The notes: generated from the sequence alone by a model not told the origin. A stretch of DNA of 53,057 bases from Chthonomonas calidirosea (GCA_945859975.1 CAMAPH010000018.1:1-53057), one strand, 5' to 3'. Shown: positions 8,964-19,043, numbered from the stretch's first letter. Numbers and translations are program-made.

Positions 8964-10117
8964 AGCCAAAGATTCTGATCATCCACGCCTCGACCGGGAA
9001 CGGCCACATCAGCGCTGCCATCGCCGTGGAAGCGGAGTTGAAGCGGCTTGGCGCAGACGTTAAGGTCATTGACGGCCTGGACTACGCTCCGCCCGCATTC
9101 AAAACTTGGTATGGCGGCGGTTACGAAGCGACCGTTCGGTCCGCGCCAGAGGCCTGGGGCTGGCTTTATCGCATCAGCGATGTAAACGGATTTGCTTTTC
9201 GAGTGCAGTCGTTTGCCGACAACCTGTTTCTAAAGCGGCTAGAGGATCTGATTGACATCTATCAGCCGCACTTGGTGCTTTGCACGCACTCGCTTCCTCA
9301 GCCAAAGCTGAACGTGCTGAGAGAGACGATTCCGTTCAAGTTTGCGGTCGTGGTGACCGACCTTTATCCGCACCTCATGTGGCAGCGCGGGAAGCCCGAC
9401 TGGTTCTTCTTGCCGCAGCCCTGGAGCTTGACCGAGCTTGCCAAGCGGATGCCGGAGGCGGCGGACAAGTACACGATCACCGGTATTCCTGTTCACGCTG
9501 CTTTTGGCGAACGCCCAGATCTGAGGGAAGCCAAAGAGAAACTTGACCTCGATCCTGATTATCCGGTCGCTTTGCTTACAGCGGGAGGTATCGGTGCCGG
9601 TGATTTCGAAGGGGCAGTCGAAGTTCTCACGAAGATCAAGGACCTTCAAATTCTCATCGTGTGCGGCCGAAATGACCGGATGTACGAGAAGATCAGCGCT
9701 TCGGAAGAGAAAGGAATTGCCAAAGAAGTTCGGGTCCTGCGCCGACTCCCAGTTACCGATATGGCGAAGTTGATGCACGGTAGCGACTTCATCATCGGCA
9801 AACCTGGCGGACTGACGGTCTCCGAGGCTCTTGCGGCTGGAAAGGCGTTTATCGTCCACGAGCCATTCCTCATTCCTGGACAGGAAGAAGACAACGCGCG
9901 ATTCTTGGTGGAGCAGGGAATTGGCCGATTTACGAAGACCAACGAGGAACTCGAGACGGTCGTCAGAGAGCTTGTGGAGCAGCCTGAGACGCTGAAGAGC
10001 ATGACGGAGAACGCGCAGCGATGCGGCAAGCCCCATGCGGCGGTCGAAATTGCGGTTAAGGTTCTGGAATTGGCGGCAGAAAGCGGCGTTGCCCGTGGCC
10101 AAGCGGCGCCAGTTTAG
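8960..10117 (+). CDS. MGDG synthase / UgtP-like diacylglycerol glycosyltransferase (GT28)
   Basis: ASTGNGHISAA, VVVTDLYPH, ITGIPV, IGKPGGLTVSEA, IPGQEEDNA; ATGA overlap with the upstream gene. Confidence 0.92.
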   Translation: MKPKILIIHASTGNGHISAAIAVEAELKRLGADVKVIDGLDYAPPAFKTWYGGGYEATVRSAPEAWGWLYRISDVNGFAFRVQSFADNLFLKRLEDLIDIYQPHLVLCTHSLPQPKLNVLRETIPFKFAVVVTDLYPHLMWQRGKPDWFFLPQPWSLTELAKRMPEAADKYTITGIPVHAAFGERPDLREAKEKLDLDPDYPVALLTAGGIGAGDFEGAVEVLTKIKDLQILIVCGRNDRMYEKISASEEKGIAKEVRVLRRLPVTDMAKLMHGSDFIIGKPGGLTVSEALAAGKAFIVHEPFLIPGQEEDNARFLVEQGIGRFTKTNEELETVVRELVEQPETLKSMTENAQRCGKPHAAVEIAVKVLELAAESGVARGQAAPV

Positions 10118-10839
10118 TTCGTCACGCAGTACTTCTTGGCCATTTCGTTCGAATACTTCTCAAACAAGTTGCCCATCAGTCGCACGTAGTGGCTGTTGAA
10201 CATCAGCGCGTCCACGATCGCCATGATCACGCCGACCGGCAGCAGGCGGACGCTGGCGGGGAGGAACTTCTCGACGGCGCCAACGATGGGCACGTTGAGC
10301 AACAGCGCGACCGCAGTGAGCGGAATCGCGATTTGGAGCCCGCGGCCAAGCAAAGGTAAGACGTCCTTTGCGATCGCGACGAACTTTGGCCCGAAGCCCT
10401 TAATCGACCGGTACAGATCCCGATTGGTCGTGCCCCAAATGATCCAGAAACCTAGGTTGGCGATGCCGTGGCCGACGCCGATGGTCACGAACATCCCGGT
10501 CCAGAAGTTGCTGGACGAAGCCTGTGCGGCGTGGCCGATCGGTAACGCGACGGAAGCGCAAGCGCCGGCAATCACAAAAGTCGCGAAAAACTTGCCTCGG
10601 GCGGCAGTTGCAAACCGAGGTGGATCATCTAACAAGCGTCCTAAGTGCCAGACCTTCAGGCCGTGGGCTGCAGAACTGAGGTCCTCCCGGATTTTGCGTA
10701 GGTGATAGGCGGGATTGACCCAAGATTTGACCGTTTTGAGCCCGCTACGACGGAGGATGATTGCGGCTCGTTGGAACGGGGTTCGGTCTCGTTTGGGCTT
10801 GGGGTCCAAACGTTGTGGGGTCATAGGTTGCGGCACCAA
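10114..10839 (-). CDS. Hypothetical integral membrane protein
   Basis: About four hydrophobic segments; fills the gap between neighbours; start uncertain. Confidence 0.7.
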   Translation of the reverse strand: MVPQPMTPQRLDPKPKRDRTPFQRAAIILRRSGLKTVKSWVNPAYHLRKIREDLSSAAHGLKVWHLGRLLDDPPRFATAARGKFFATFVIAGACASVALPIGHAAQASSSNFWTGMFVTIGVGHGIANLGFWIIWGTTNRDLYRSIKGFGPKFVAIAKDVLPLLGRGLQIAIPLTAVALLLNVPIVGAVEKFLPASVRLLPVGVIMAIVDALMFNSHYVRLMGNLFEKYSNEMAKKYCVTN

Positions 10840-10869
10840 CGAATGTTAAGAATAGCACTTTGGCTTCCG

Positions 10870-11691
10870 TCAGAGGGACTTTCGATATTCCAATGACTCG
10901 CCTGATTCGGACGTTTGGGGCTTTGTTTCGGTAGGGAAGGAGCGGAGCTCGAGTGAGCCATCCCAATGTTCCACCACAAAGGAGCAGTGCTCCACCCAGT
11001 CGCCGGTGTTGACGTACATCGTGTTGCCTTCAAGGATGGAGATCTTCGGCTTGTGAATGTGTCCGCAGATTACGCCGTCCACGTTTTGTCGTCTCGCCTC
11101 CGCGGCAAGAAGGTTTTCAAAGCCGGTTGCTCGTTCCGTGATTGACTTCACCTTTCGTTTGATATCCCGGCCGTAGTTGCTGGGCTTGCGGCCGAACTTT
11201 GCTCCGATCAGGTTGGTGTAGTGATTCAGCCCGAGGGTGATCTCATGCATCCAGGCGAGGAACCAGGCGATTGGTTTGTAGGTGGTGACGAACTTGTCAA
11301 AGAGATCGCCGTGGACGACCAGAAAGCGCCGGCCGTCAACCGTTTCGTGAATGAACGAGTGCTGGATCTCGGTGCTAAAAACTTTGATGCCGATGAAGCG
11401 TCGCATCACCGCATCGTGGTTGCCAGGGGTGTAGCGCACTTTACAAGAGGGTGATGCTTTTTCCAGCAACGAGAGGAGCGCTCGCTCTTGTCCGGGTTTC
11501 CATCGGGTTGTGCTCCCCCCGACCCAAGCATCGACAACGTCGCCGACCAAGTAAATGTACGTGGCGTTTACGCCAGCAAGGAATTGACTCAGCTCGTCTA
11601 CCCGACATTGAGCGGAACCGAGGTGTAAGTCGGAAATGAAGACGGATCGGTAAGTGGGCGTTGGCCCATCGGGTGGAATTGGGGAGTCCAT
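10870..11691 (-). CDS. LpxH-like metallophosphoesterase (UDP-2,3-diacylglucosamine diphosphatase family)
   Basis: FISDLHLG, LVGDVVD, PGNHD, VHGD, ICGHIH, NTGDWVE. Confidence 0.88.
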   Translation of the reverse strand: MDSPIPPDGPTPTYRSVFISDLHLGSAQCRVDELSQFLAGVNATYIYLVGDVVDAWVGGSTTRWKPGQERALLSLLEKASPSCKVRYTPGNHDAVMRRFIGIKVFSTEIQHSFIHETVDGRRFLVVHGDLFDKFVTTYKPIAWFLAWMHEITLGLNHYTNLIGAKFGRKPSNYGRDIKRKVKSITERATGFENLLAAEARRQNVDGVICGHIHKPKISILEGNTMYVNTGDWVEHCSFVVEHWDGSLELRSFPTETKPQTSESGESLEYRKSL

Positions 11692-11763
11692 TCCTTTGCT
11701 ACTTAATGGTAGCGCAATTATTATTCTCTTAACCTTGCTTTAATCGAATGATCGCGTAAAGCT

Positions 11764-11849
11764 TGGTGCCGTCGCTCGGACTCGAACCGAGATGCCTTTT
11801 GGGCGCCGCCACCTGAAGACGGTGCGTCTACCAATTTCGCCACGACGGC
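11764..11849 (-). tRNA. tRNA-Leu (CAG)
   Basis: Reverse strand GCCGTCGTGGCGAAATTGGTAGACGC-ACCGTC TTCAGGT GGCGG-long variable arm-GGTTCGAGTCC-GAGCGACGGCACCA; CCA encoded. Confidence 0.96.
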
Positions 11850-11867
11850 AAGACTAAAGATGGTACC

Positions 11868-12446
11868 TCAGGCGATTACGCGGGTACCAGGCTTTGTGAC
11901 TGGGATGGCCTGAAGCCAGTCGGGCACGTCATCCGGGGCGAAGGATTCTGCCTTCGCCTCATAGGCGGAGTACAGGGGCAGGCCTAGATCGAGGTTTCCA
12001 GCGCGATTGATGAGCACGCCGTAGGAAGCAATTTTTCCTCCCGCTTCTTCCAGGGCTGCGCCAGTTTCTCGGAGCGAAATTCCGGTGGTCAGAACATCAT
12101 CGACAACTCCAATCAGGGAATTGTCCGGAAGGGTTTTTCCTCGGCGTAGCAAGCGCTTTCCGTTTTCGGATTCCACATAAATGGCGGGCAAGCCGAGCTG
12201 TCTGGCAACTTCGAAGGCGATGATGATCCCTCCGGTTGTTGGTCCGGCCACGTGAGTTAGGCCAAGCGGGCGGAAGAACTCGGCGATCGGCTCGCAGACT
12301 TGAGAGAGAATTCCGGGCTCTTCGAGCAAGCGAAACTTTTCGAAGTACACCGCGCTGTGGCGACCGCTGGTGAGCAGAAAGTGTCCGTTGAGAATTGCGC
12401 CGGACTCGCGAAGCAAGTCACCGATTTTTTCGCTGAGATCATCCAT
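11868..12446 (-). CDS. pyrE: Orotate phosphoribosyltransferase
   Basis: GHFLLTSGRHS and PRPP-binding VVDDVLTTG. Confidence 0.92.
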   Translation of the reverse strand: MDDLSEKIGDLLRESGAILNGHFLLTSGRHSAVYFEKFRLLEEPGILSQVCEPIAEFFRPLGLTHVAGPTTGGIIIAFEVARQLGLPAIYVESENGKRLLRRGKTLPDNSLIGVVDDVLTTGISLRETGAALEEAGGKIASYGVLINRAGNLDLGLPLYSAYEAKAESFAPDDVPDWLQAIPVTKPGTRVIA

Positions 12447-12801
12447 GGGTAGTAAAGGGCGTCATTTGTCGGACGACTTCGTTGTTCTCGTTTAGCAGTA
12501 GGAGCACGGGGGTGATGGGCTCGTCGGAGTAGTCAAACGCCGCGATGATGACCCTTTCGCCGGGCTTGAAGAAGTGGGCTGCTCCACCGTTGATGCCGAT
12601 CACTCCGGCAGGACCCTCGAACGCATAGGTTTGAATCCGGGCCGTTCCGTCGACCGACCAGATGTTCACCATCTCGCCGTTTTGGATTCCGGCTTGCTTC
12701 ATCAGCTCGGCCCCAATCTCAATACTGCCAACGTACTCCGGATTGGCGTACGTCACATGAGCGTGATGTAACTTCGATTTAAGGAGCTGAGAAAGTCGCA
12801 A
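12439..12801 (-). CDS. panD: Aspartate 1-decarboxylase
   Basis: LKSKLH, YVG/SI autoproteolysis site, RIQTY, INGGAAH. Confidence 0.93.
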   Translation of the reverse strand: MRLSQLLKSKLHHAHVTYANPEYVGSIEIGAELMKQAGIQNGEMVNIWSVDGTARIQTYAFEGPAGVIGINGGAAHFFKPGERVIIAAFDYSDEPITPVLLLLNENNEVVRQMTPFTTHG

Positions 12802-12805
12802 TCGG

Positions 12806-15178
12806 CTAGACCTCTACCGGCGAAAGTGGGGCAGGAGCTTTGCTGTGCCTTCGTCGTCGGGCGAAGGCGGACATTAACCCGCCAATCGTGAGGATACCGG
12901 TTCCAACCCAGACCAAACTCGTCATCGGCTTGTAGAACACTTCGAGCGGATACAGCGGCTTTTGGAACATCAGCTTCAAGTCAACAGCTCTTGTCGCGGC
13001 GTCCATGCGTCCTAAGACGGCAAAGAACTCTGTTCCAACCGGAGTGAGAAGCGGTTGGATTCCGCCCTCGGTGACCTGCATCTGCGGTTCGACATCGAAC
13101 GTTCCCGTCCGCGTGGTGATGCGCATCTTCGCGCCAAACTTTGCGCCGACACCGGTAGTGCCGTTGGATGTTGGCTCGAGGTACTCGACGGTGATTTGGT
13201 CGACGGTCCGCTTTTCTTTCGGTTTAAAGGTCATGGGCATTTCCCAGACATCGGTTACCGGAGGGAACAGAGCGACGTAAACGTCGTGGGTCGGAGACGA
13301 CTTCACGAACGGCCAGACCTGGGTTTTCAGCTCTTCGCCTTGCTCGTAGTAGTAAAGTCCGGGCGTCGCGTCGAACGTGCGGCCGGCTGGGTCTTTGAAC
13401 TCGAAGACGGCTTTGCTGTCCCGGTCGAAGAGGTCTTTGCCCTCAAGCTTCTTGAAGGAAACCACGTAGTCAAGGGCGGATGCGGGCGATCCCGATTGGA
13501 CAAAGGACTGCTGCTTCTTCTCCATTCCGCGAGAAAGGATCAGGCCGCCGATCAGCACCGCGAAGCCGAGGTGAGAGACAAATCCGCCAACGGACATCTT
13601 CCACTTCTTCGCGAGCTCAATCGCGCGCCAGCCGCCGGTAACGGCAACGAACCAGCACAGGAACATGAGGAGGCCAAGTACCGGAATGAGTGGCCATGTT
13701 CCACCCATCGGATTTCGCACCGTGCTCTCAGCGTGAGATCGAACGCCAAACGGGCCATCCATCAAGCCGATGAAGGTGAATCCGGTCAAACCGATACTCA
13801 GGCTCAAAACGTTGGCGATTCGGCCGAACAGCGCCTTGGCGCCCATCTCCCGCCAGGATACAAATGGTGCGGCACCCATGAGGAGCATGAGCGGAATGAA
13901 GAACCAGACGACGACCTGGTGATACAGCCATTCTTCTACACGAGCGCCTTGGCCGCCGCGTAGGGCAGCAATGACGGGCCAGGACATTCCGACCGCGATC
14001 ACGAGGCCCAGCATCGAAAGCACCATCATTCCGAACCGATAGGAGTTCTCGCGGTTGATGCCGTTCTCGGGCTCAATCGACTTGACGGTTTCGTTCGCCA
14101 CGCTCTTAGCGCGCCAGACACAAAGGGCGATGAATCCGACAACCAAAAAGATGAGGAAGCCGCGCAAGATGCCGAGCGCGTTGCGGTCCATGCTGGCGAA
14201 GGAGTGAACGCTGACTTTGTCGAGCAGTCCGGACCGGGTCAAGAAGGTGCCGTAGACGAAGCTGAGGAACGGCAATCCGCCCATGATCAGGTTCGAAGCT
14301 GCCCAGCGTCCGCGCACGTTTTGAACGATGATTCCGTGGATCAGGGCTGCCATCAGCAACCAGGGCACGAGGCTAACGTTCTCAACCGGATCCCAGGCCC
14401 AGAACCCGCCCCAGCCTTGGGTCTCGTACGCCCAGAGGCCGCCCATGCTGAGTCCCAACCCGAGAATCGCCAGGGTGACTAGACTCCAGGGTCGGCAGTA
14501 AGTGATCCAATCCTTCGCGTTCTTGTGGACCATCGCGGCGACGGCATACGCAAAGAAGATCGTCAGCGCGCCGAAGCCGAGGAAGATCGTCGGTGGGTGA
14601 ATGACGACCCAGTAGTTCTGCAAACTCGGCGTCATGCCGTTGCCACGCGGCGGCATGAGTACCTCGCCTTTTTGGACTACGTCCTTCAGAAGATCAAACG
14701 GTGATTCGTAGGCAAGGATTCCGCAGAGGGAGCCTAAGATCAGGGCGAAAACGGTGCCGTAGGTTCGGCGATAAATTCCGGAACCTCCGATGGTGAGCAA
14801 GCCAAACAAGCTGGTCGCGCAAGCCCAGAGGAGGAAGCTGCCTTCTTGGGCCGTCCAGACGCCGGCGATTTTGTACTTAAGCTCGGTCAGCGAATCGCCG
14901 TGGCTGAAAACGTATTCGTACTGAAATTGGTCTTTGATGAAGAGCGCGAGCAAGCAGCCGAAGGGCACAAAGATGCTGATGCTGCCAATAACAAAGGAGA
15001 TCGTTGCAATCTTTTCGGCTTTCGGCACCTTGCCCGATATCAGATAGAGAATCCCGGAAAGAACCAGAAAGGCAAGGGCAACGTAGACCGCGATCGATCC
15101 GGCTTGTCCAACGACGAGTGACCAAGCTTCCGCGCGGGGGACATTGGCGAAAGGGTCTTCGTTGTGATTGTGTTCCAC
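12806..15178 (-). CDS. ccmF: Cytochrome c heme lyase CcmF (CcsA/CcmF family)
   Basis: QEGSFLLW, IHPP, WWD motif GWGGFWAWDPVEN, TFLTRSG...SVHSF; many TM helices. Confidence 0.92.
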   Translation of the reverse strand: MEHNHNEDPFANVPRAEAWSLVVGQAGSIAVYVALAFLVLSGILYLISGKVPKAEKIATISFVIGSISIFVPFGCLLALFIKDQFQYEYVFSHGDSLTELKYKIAGVWTAQEGSFLLWACATSLFGLLTIGGSGIYRRTYGTVFALILGSLCGILAYESPFDLLKDVVQKGEVLMPPRGNGMTPSLQNYWVVIHPPTIFLGFGALTIFFAYAVAAMVHKNAKDWITYCRPWSLVTLAILGLGLSMGGLWAYETQGWGGFWAWDPVENVSLVPWLLMAALIHGIIVQNVRGRWAASNLIMGGLPFLSFVYGTFLTRSGLLDKVSVHSFASMDRNALGILRGFLIFLVVGFIALCVWRAKSVANETVKSIEPENGINRENSYRFGMMVLSMLGLVIAVGMSWPVIAALRGGQGARVEEWLYHQVVVWFFIPLMLLMGAAPFVSWREMGAKALFGRIANVLSLSIGLTGFTFIGLMDGPFGVRSHAESTVRNPMGGTWPLIPVLGLLMFLCWFVAVTGGWRAIELAKKWKMSVGGFVSHLGFAVLIGGLILSRGMEKKQQSFVQSGSPASALDYVVSFKKLEGKDLFDRDSKAVFEFKDPAGRTFDATPGLYYYEQGEELKTQVWPFVKSSPTHDVYVALFPPVTDVWEMPMTFKPKEKRTVDQITVEYLEPTSNGTTGVGAKFGAKMRITTRTGTFDVEPQMQVTEGGIQPLLTPVGTEFFAVLGRMDAATRAVDLKLMFQKPLYPLEVFYKPMTSLVWVGTGILTIGGLMSAFARRRRHSKAPAPLSPVEV

Positions 15179-15181
15179 TCG

Positions 15182-15559
15182 TTACTTCTTCTCGGCTTCG
15201 TACTTAGATGGGCACTTGACGATGAGTTCCGAGGATTGGAACTCTCCATTTTCGATCTTTCCGACCGCCACGACCTTTGTAGCTTCGGACAAGTTTGCGG
15301 GTTTTTCACCCTTGTGCTTCACTTTGATCCGATCTCCGTTGGAGTCGATCACCTGGAAGGACAGGGTCTGGGTGTAAACGTCGTTCTGGACGGTGGACTT
15401 AACGATGTCACCTGCGAGGTGCAGACGATCCCCCGTGCTGGCCTTTGCCTGTTGGATGGTTACGTACGGACTTGCACCCGTCGTGAAGGCAATCACCACC
15501 GCGCTCAGCGCGGTTGCTGCCACTACTCCCGAGATCAGCGGACCCAGTTTCATACTCAT
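15182..15559 (-). CDS. ccmE: Heme chaperone CcmE, Cys-type (CxxxY)
   Basis: N-terminal TM, OB-fold-like core, C-terminal KCPSKY; 3 nt upstream of ccmF. Confidence 0.9.
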   Translation of the reverse strand: MSMKLGPLISGVVAATALSAVVIAFTTGASPYVTIQQAKASTGDRLHLAGDIVKSTVQNDVYTQTLSFQVIDSNGDRIKVKHKGEKPANLSEATKVVAVGKIENGEFQSSELIVKCPSKYEAEKK

Positions 15560-15644
15560 TGAAGCTACCTCAACTGATCCTAACTACGTTGGGAACTCGC
15601 TGAGTGTTTATCCGGTTGAGTCAGATACAATACGGAGACGTAGC

Positions 15645-16214
15645 ATGCGAAACAACCACCTTATTTTCTCGGCGGTAGTCCTAGGCCTGATCGGCGGCGT
15701 TGCCATCGTTTTGGGCGATGAAACCAAGATGGGTGCTCCGGCGCGGCCCCTTCCTAAAGTAACCCTTGGCACGGACATGCTCATGTTCGGCTCGAGTGTC
15801 GGTAGCTTCAAGATTCTCGGCTCGGACGAGACGCCAGCAAGCGGAAAGCTCTCTTTCAGCTTCAACGGTAGCGTGTTGGTTTCCGGACTCGAAGGAACGG
15901 CGGTCACGGAAGGCGGCGTTCGAAAGGAATACGAGAACAAAGAATTCGGGAAGACCGCTTACTTTGGAAAAGGGAAGATCACGATCACCGGGAAGGCGCG
16001 AAGCATCCAGTTCTTTGGACGAGACGTTCAGGGAAGCTTCAAGGGCACCGGCCTGATGCGACTTTACGGAGAGTTCGACAAGAAGCTCGACACCGGTTGG
16101 GTGATGTATGCCGGCGGCGAGCGAGAAGCTTGGGGAACCGGCGGAAACATTAAGGTCGTTCCGCAACAGATTTACAAGCAGAACACGGACAACGTTAAGA
16201 TCAAGGACTCATAG
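15645..16214 (+). CDS. Hypothetical exported, beta-rich protein
   Basis: TACAAT and GGAG upstream of ATG 15645; N-terminal hydrophobic segment. Confidence 0.75.
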   Translation: MRNNHLIFSAVVLGLIGGVAIVLGDETKMGAPARPLPKVTLGTDMLMFGSSVGSFKILGSDETPASGKLSFSFNGSVLVSGLEGTAVTEGGVRKEYENKEFGKTAYFGKGKITITGKARSIQFFGRDVQGSFKGTGLMRLYGEFDKKLDTGWVMYAGGEREAWGTGGNIKVVPQQIYKQNTDNVKIKDS

Positions 16215-16221
16215 TCCAGCG

Positions 16222-16989
16222 GTGCTTCGAAACACCTTCGTTCACATTCCAGGGGTCGGTTCCAAAACGGAACTGGCCCTTTGGTCTTCTGGATGTTTGA
16301 CTTGGGAGGATGCGCTCTCAGATAAGCGCAAAACGTCGTTCGGGACGGTGGCCGATGCCGCCGCGCTCAAGCATTTAGAGCAGAGCGAAGCCGCGCTTAG
16401 CGACGGTCAACACCAGTTTTTCGCAAAGAGTCTCGGGATGGCCGAAGCTTGGCGGGCATGGGGAGAGTTTTCGGGCCGTACGGTTTATCTCGACATCGAA
16501 ACGGACGGCGGAAACAGTGGCGATGCGATCACTTGTATTGGTCTGTACGATGGCGCGGAATTTCGTTGCCTCGTTCGGGGCCAAGATCTCGCCGAGTTGC
16601 CGGATGTGCTTTCGCACTATTCGATGATCGTCACTTTCTTTGGTGCCGGGTTCGATCTCCCGATGATCAAGAAGCGTTGGTCATTCCTCGAAATTGATCA
16701 GATTCACCTTGACCTGTGCCCGACCATGCGCAAGCTAGGGATCCAGGGCGGGCTCAAGAAGATCGAAAAGCAGCTTGGACTTCAGCGTGATGAAGAAGCG
16801 GAGGGCTTGAACGGTCTCGATGCCATCCGGCTATGGAGACAATACGAGCGTCGAGGAGACGTCGGCGCGCTCGAGAAGCTCATCAAGTACAACCGTGAAG
16901 ACGTTGTGAACCTGGAGCGGCTTGCTGAGCACGCTTACACGCTCCTTCACGAACAGACTATCGGGCCGTTTGTCGGCTCAGCTCGCTGA
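16222..16989 (+). CDS. RNase H-like (DEDD) exonuclease, YprB-like
   Basis: YLDIETDG, TFFGAGFDLP, HLDL, YNREDV; N-terminal HhH-like HIPGVG. Start placed at GTG 16222. Confidence 0.85.
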   Translation: MLRNTFVHIPGVGSKTELALWSSGCLTWEDALSDKRKTSFGTVADAAALKHLEQSEAALSDGQHQFFAKSLGMAEAWRAWGEFSGRTVYLDIETDGGNSGDAITCIGLYDGAEFRCLVRGQDLAELPDVLSHYSMIVTFFGAGFDLPMIKKRWSFLEIDQIHLDLCPTMRKLGIQGGLKKIEKQLGLQRDEEAEGLNGLDAIRLWRQYERRGDVGALEKLIKYNREDVVNLERLAEHAYTLLHEQTIGPFVGSAR

Positions 16990-17989
16990 AAACGTCAATC
17001 GCGTTTTGAACATCGGCGGCGGATACGTCCGCATGGGTGACGAGGCGCAAACGATTCTTGGCGACCGGGAAGCACCAAACTCCGGCGGCTTGTAATCGCG
17101 CTTGCCATTCGGCAGCAGGAGCCACCGTGTCTACCATGACCATATTGGTTTCCACCAGGTGCGGATGAGTCGTGAGGCCGTTTAGGCCCTGCAGACCGTT
17201 CGCAAGAATTTTCGCGTTGGCATGGTCCTCCGCCAGCCGGTCAATCATTTGTCGAAGACTCACGAGGCCGCAGGCAGCGAGAATTCCGGCTTGCCGCATG
17301 CCGCCACCTAGGCGCTTTCGCCACTTTCGGCCCTTTTCGATCAAGTCAGTGGGACCACAAAGCACCGATCCGACGGGTGACCGCAGTCCTTTGCTCAGGC
17401 ACAGGCTGACAGAATCGAATGGCGCGGTGACCTCGGAGATTGGGACCCCGAGGGCGACGGATGCGTTGAATGCACGCGCGCCATCCAGGTGCAACTTCAC
17501 GCCGTTGCGGTCCGCAATTTCACGGTAAGTCCAAAGTGCCTCGATCGGCACAATTGCCCCGCCGTGGCGGTTATGAGTGTTTTCCACGCAAATCAGGCTG
17601 GTCGCGGGTCGATGAATGTCTTCGGTTAAGATTCGCTTTTCGATGGCTTCGGGGTCCATCGTTCCTCGGTTGCTTTGTACGGTCCAGCTAACGACTCCTG
17701 CGATGACTGCTGGTCCACCGCCCTCATAGTAAAGGATGTGCGACTCTTCTTCTGCGATGATAGAGCTCCCACGCTCGCAATGCACGGCGATGGCGATCTG
17801 GTTGCTCTGGGTGCCACTCGAAACGAACATGGCCGCTTCCTTGCCGGACATCTCGGCAGCGAGGGCTTCTAGTTCTTGGACCGTTGGGTCGTCTTGAAGG
17901 ACATCGTCACCCAAGGGTGCCGTTTGCATCGCCGCATACATTTCCGGAGTTGGGCGGGTTACGGTGTCGCTTCTCAGATCAACAGGCAT
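16958..17989 (-). CDS. ltaE: Low-specificity L-threonine aldolase
   Basis: DLRSDTVTRPT, ENTHN, HLDGAR, CLSKGL (PLP Lys), GGGMRQAG; start at ATG 17989. Confidence 0.93.
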   Translation of the reverse strand: MPVDLRSDTVTRPTPEMYAAMQTAPLGDDVLQDDPTVQELEALAAEMSGKEAAMFVSSGTQSNQIAIAVHCERGSSIIAEEESHILYYEGGGPAVIAGVVSWTVQSNRGTMDPEAIEKRILTEDIHRPATSLICVENTHNRHGGAIVPIEALWTYREIADRNGVKLHLDGARAFNASVALGVPISEVTAPFDSVSLCLSKGLRSPVGSVLCGPTDLIEKGRKWRKRLGGGMRQAGILAACGLVSLRQMIDRLAEDHANAKILANGLQGLNGLTTHPHLVETNMVMVDTVAPAAEWQARLQAAGVWCFPVAKNRLRLVTHADVSAADVQNAIDVFSELSRQTAR

Positions 17990-18032
17990 CTTTAGATTAT
18001 GCCTACCGGTGATCGAAGGTAAAACCGGCGGG

Positions 18033-19043
18033 ATGAAAGCGTTGTTGATCGGTGCCGGCGGCATGGGCCAGGGCTGGGCCCGGAATATTGCGGAAAGTCC
18101 AGAAGCGGTCTTGCATGCCTGGGTCGATGTTCGCCCCGGTGCGGCGGCAGATGCGGCCGAGAAACTCGGACTTTCGGTCGCCCATACGGACACCGATGTC
18201 GAGCGAGCGATTGCCGAGTACAAGCCCGATTTCGTGGTTGACGTGACTCCGCCGGAAGTTCACCATTCGGTCACGCTAGCCGCCCTTGCGGCGGGTCTTC
18301 CAGTCCTGGGCGAAAAGCCAATGGCGGTGACCATGGACCAAGCCCGCGAAATGGTAGCGGCATCCGAGAAGGCAGGGAAGTTGTACATGGTCAGCCAGAG
18401 CCGCCGCTACAACGCCCAACTTCAGGCATACAAACAATTGATTCAAGACCAGGTTGGAACGGTTGGCATTCTAAACGCTGACTTCTACATCGGCGCCCAC
18501 TTTGGCGGATTCCGGGACGAGATGGACAGCCCGCTCATTCTCGACATGGCGATTCACACGTTCGACGAGGCCCGATACCTTTGCGATCTCGATGCCGTGT
18601 CGGTCTACGCCGAGGAGTTCAATCCGGCTTGGAGTTGGTACAAGGGCGATTCCAGTGCGACGGCCATCTTCGAAATGGAAAACGGTGCGCGATTTACGTA
18701 TCGTGGAAGCTGGTGCTCTGATGGCTGCCATACGAGCTGGGATGCGGACTGGCGAGCGGTTGGACCGAAAGGATCGGCGGTTTGGGCAGACAACACGACG
18801 CCGACCGCGCAGTCGGTCATCAAATCGGGCGGCTTCTTCTCCGAAATGGAATCCATCGACGCCGAAGTCGGCACGATTGATGAGGGCATTAAGGGAAGCC
18901 TAAGCGAGTTCTTGAGGGCACTGAAGACGGGCATCACGCCGAATGGCGAGTGCCACGATAACATCAAGAGCCTCGCGATGGTCTTTGCTGTCGTCGAATC
19001 CAGCAAGGCTGGTCGACGAGTCAAGCTGAGCGAGATTCTCTAA
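18033..19043 (+). CDS. Gfo/Idh/MocA family oxidoreductase
   Basis: IGAGGMG Rossmann motif, GEKPMA, DMAIHTFD. Confidence 0.92.
   Translation: MKALLIGAGGMGQGWARNIAESPEAVLHAWVDVRPGAAADAAEKLGLSVAHTDTDVERAIAEYKPDFVVDVTPPEVHHSVTLAALAAGLPVLGEKPMAVTMDQAREMVAASEKAGKLYMVSQSRRYNAQLQAYKQLIQDQVGTVGILNADFYIGAHFGGFRDEMDSPLILDMAIHTFDEARYLCDLDAVSVYAEEFNPAWSWYKGDSSATAIFEMENGARFTYRGSWCSDGCHTSWDADWRAVGPKGSAVWADNTTPTAQSVIKSGGFFSEMESIDAEVGTIDEGIKGSLSEFLRALKTGITPNGECHDNIKSLAMVFAVVESSKAGRRVKLSEIL

Noticed and set aside
16958..18223. Extended N-termini in the ORF track (ltaE 18223, mreB 4692, CapA 21523, GNAT 29293, 15393, 16108, 25783)
   Set aside because: They overlap neighbouring genes; family N-termini and -10/SD positions support the shorter starts used.
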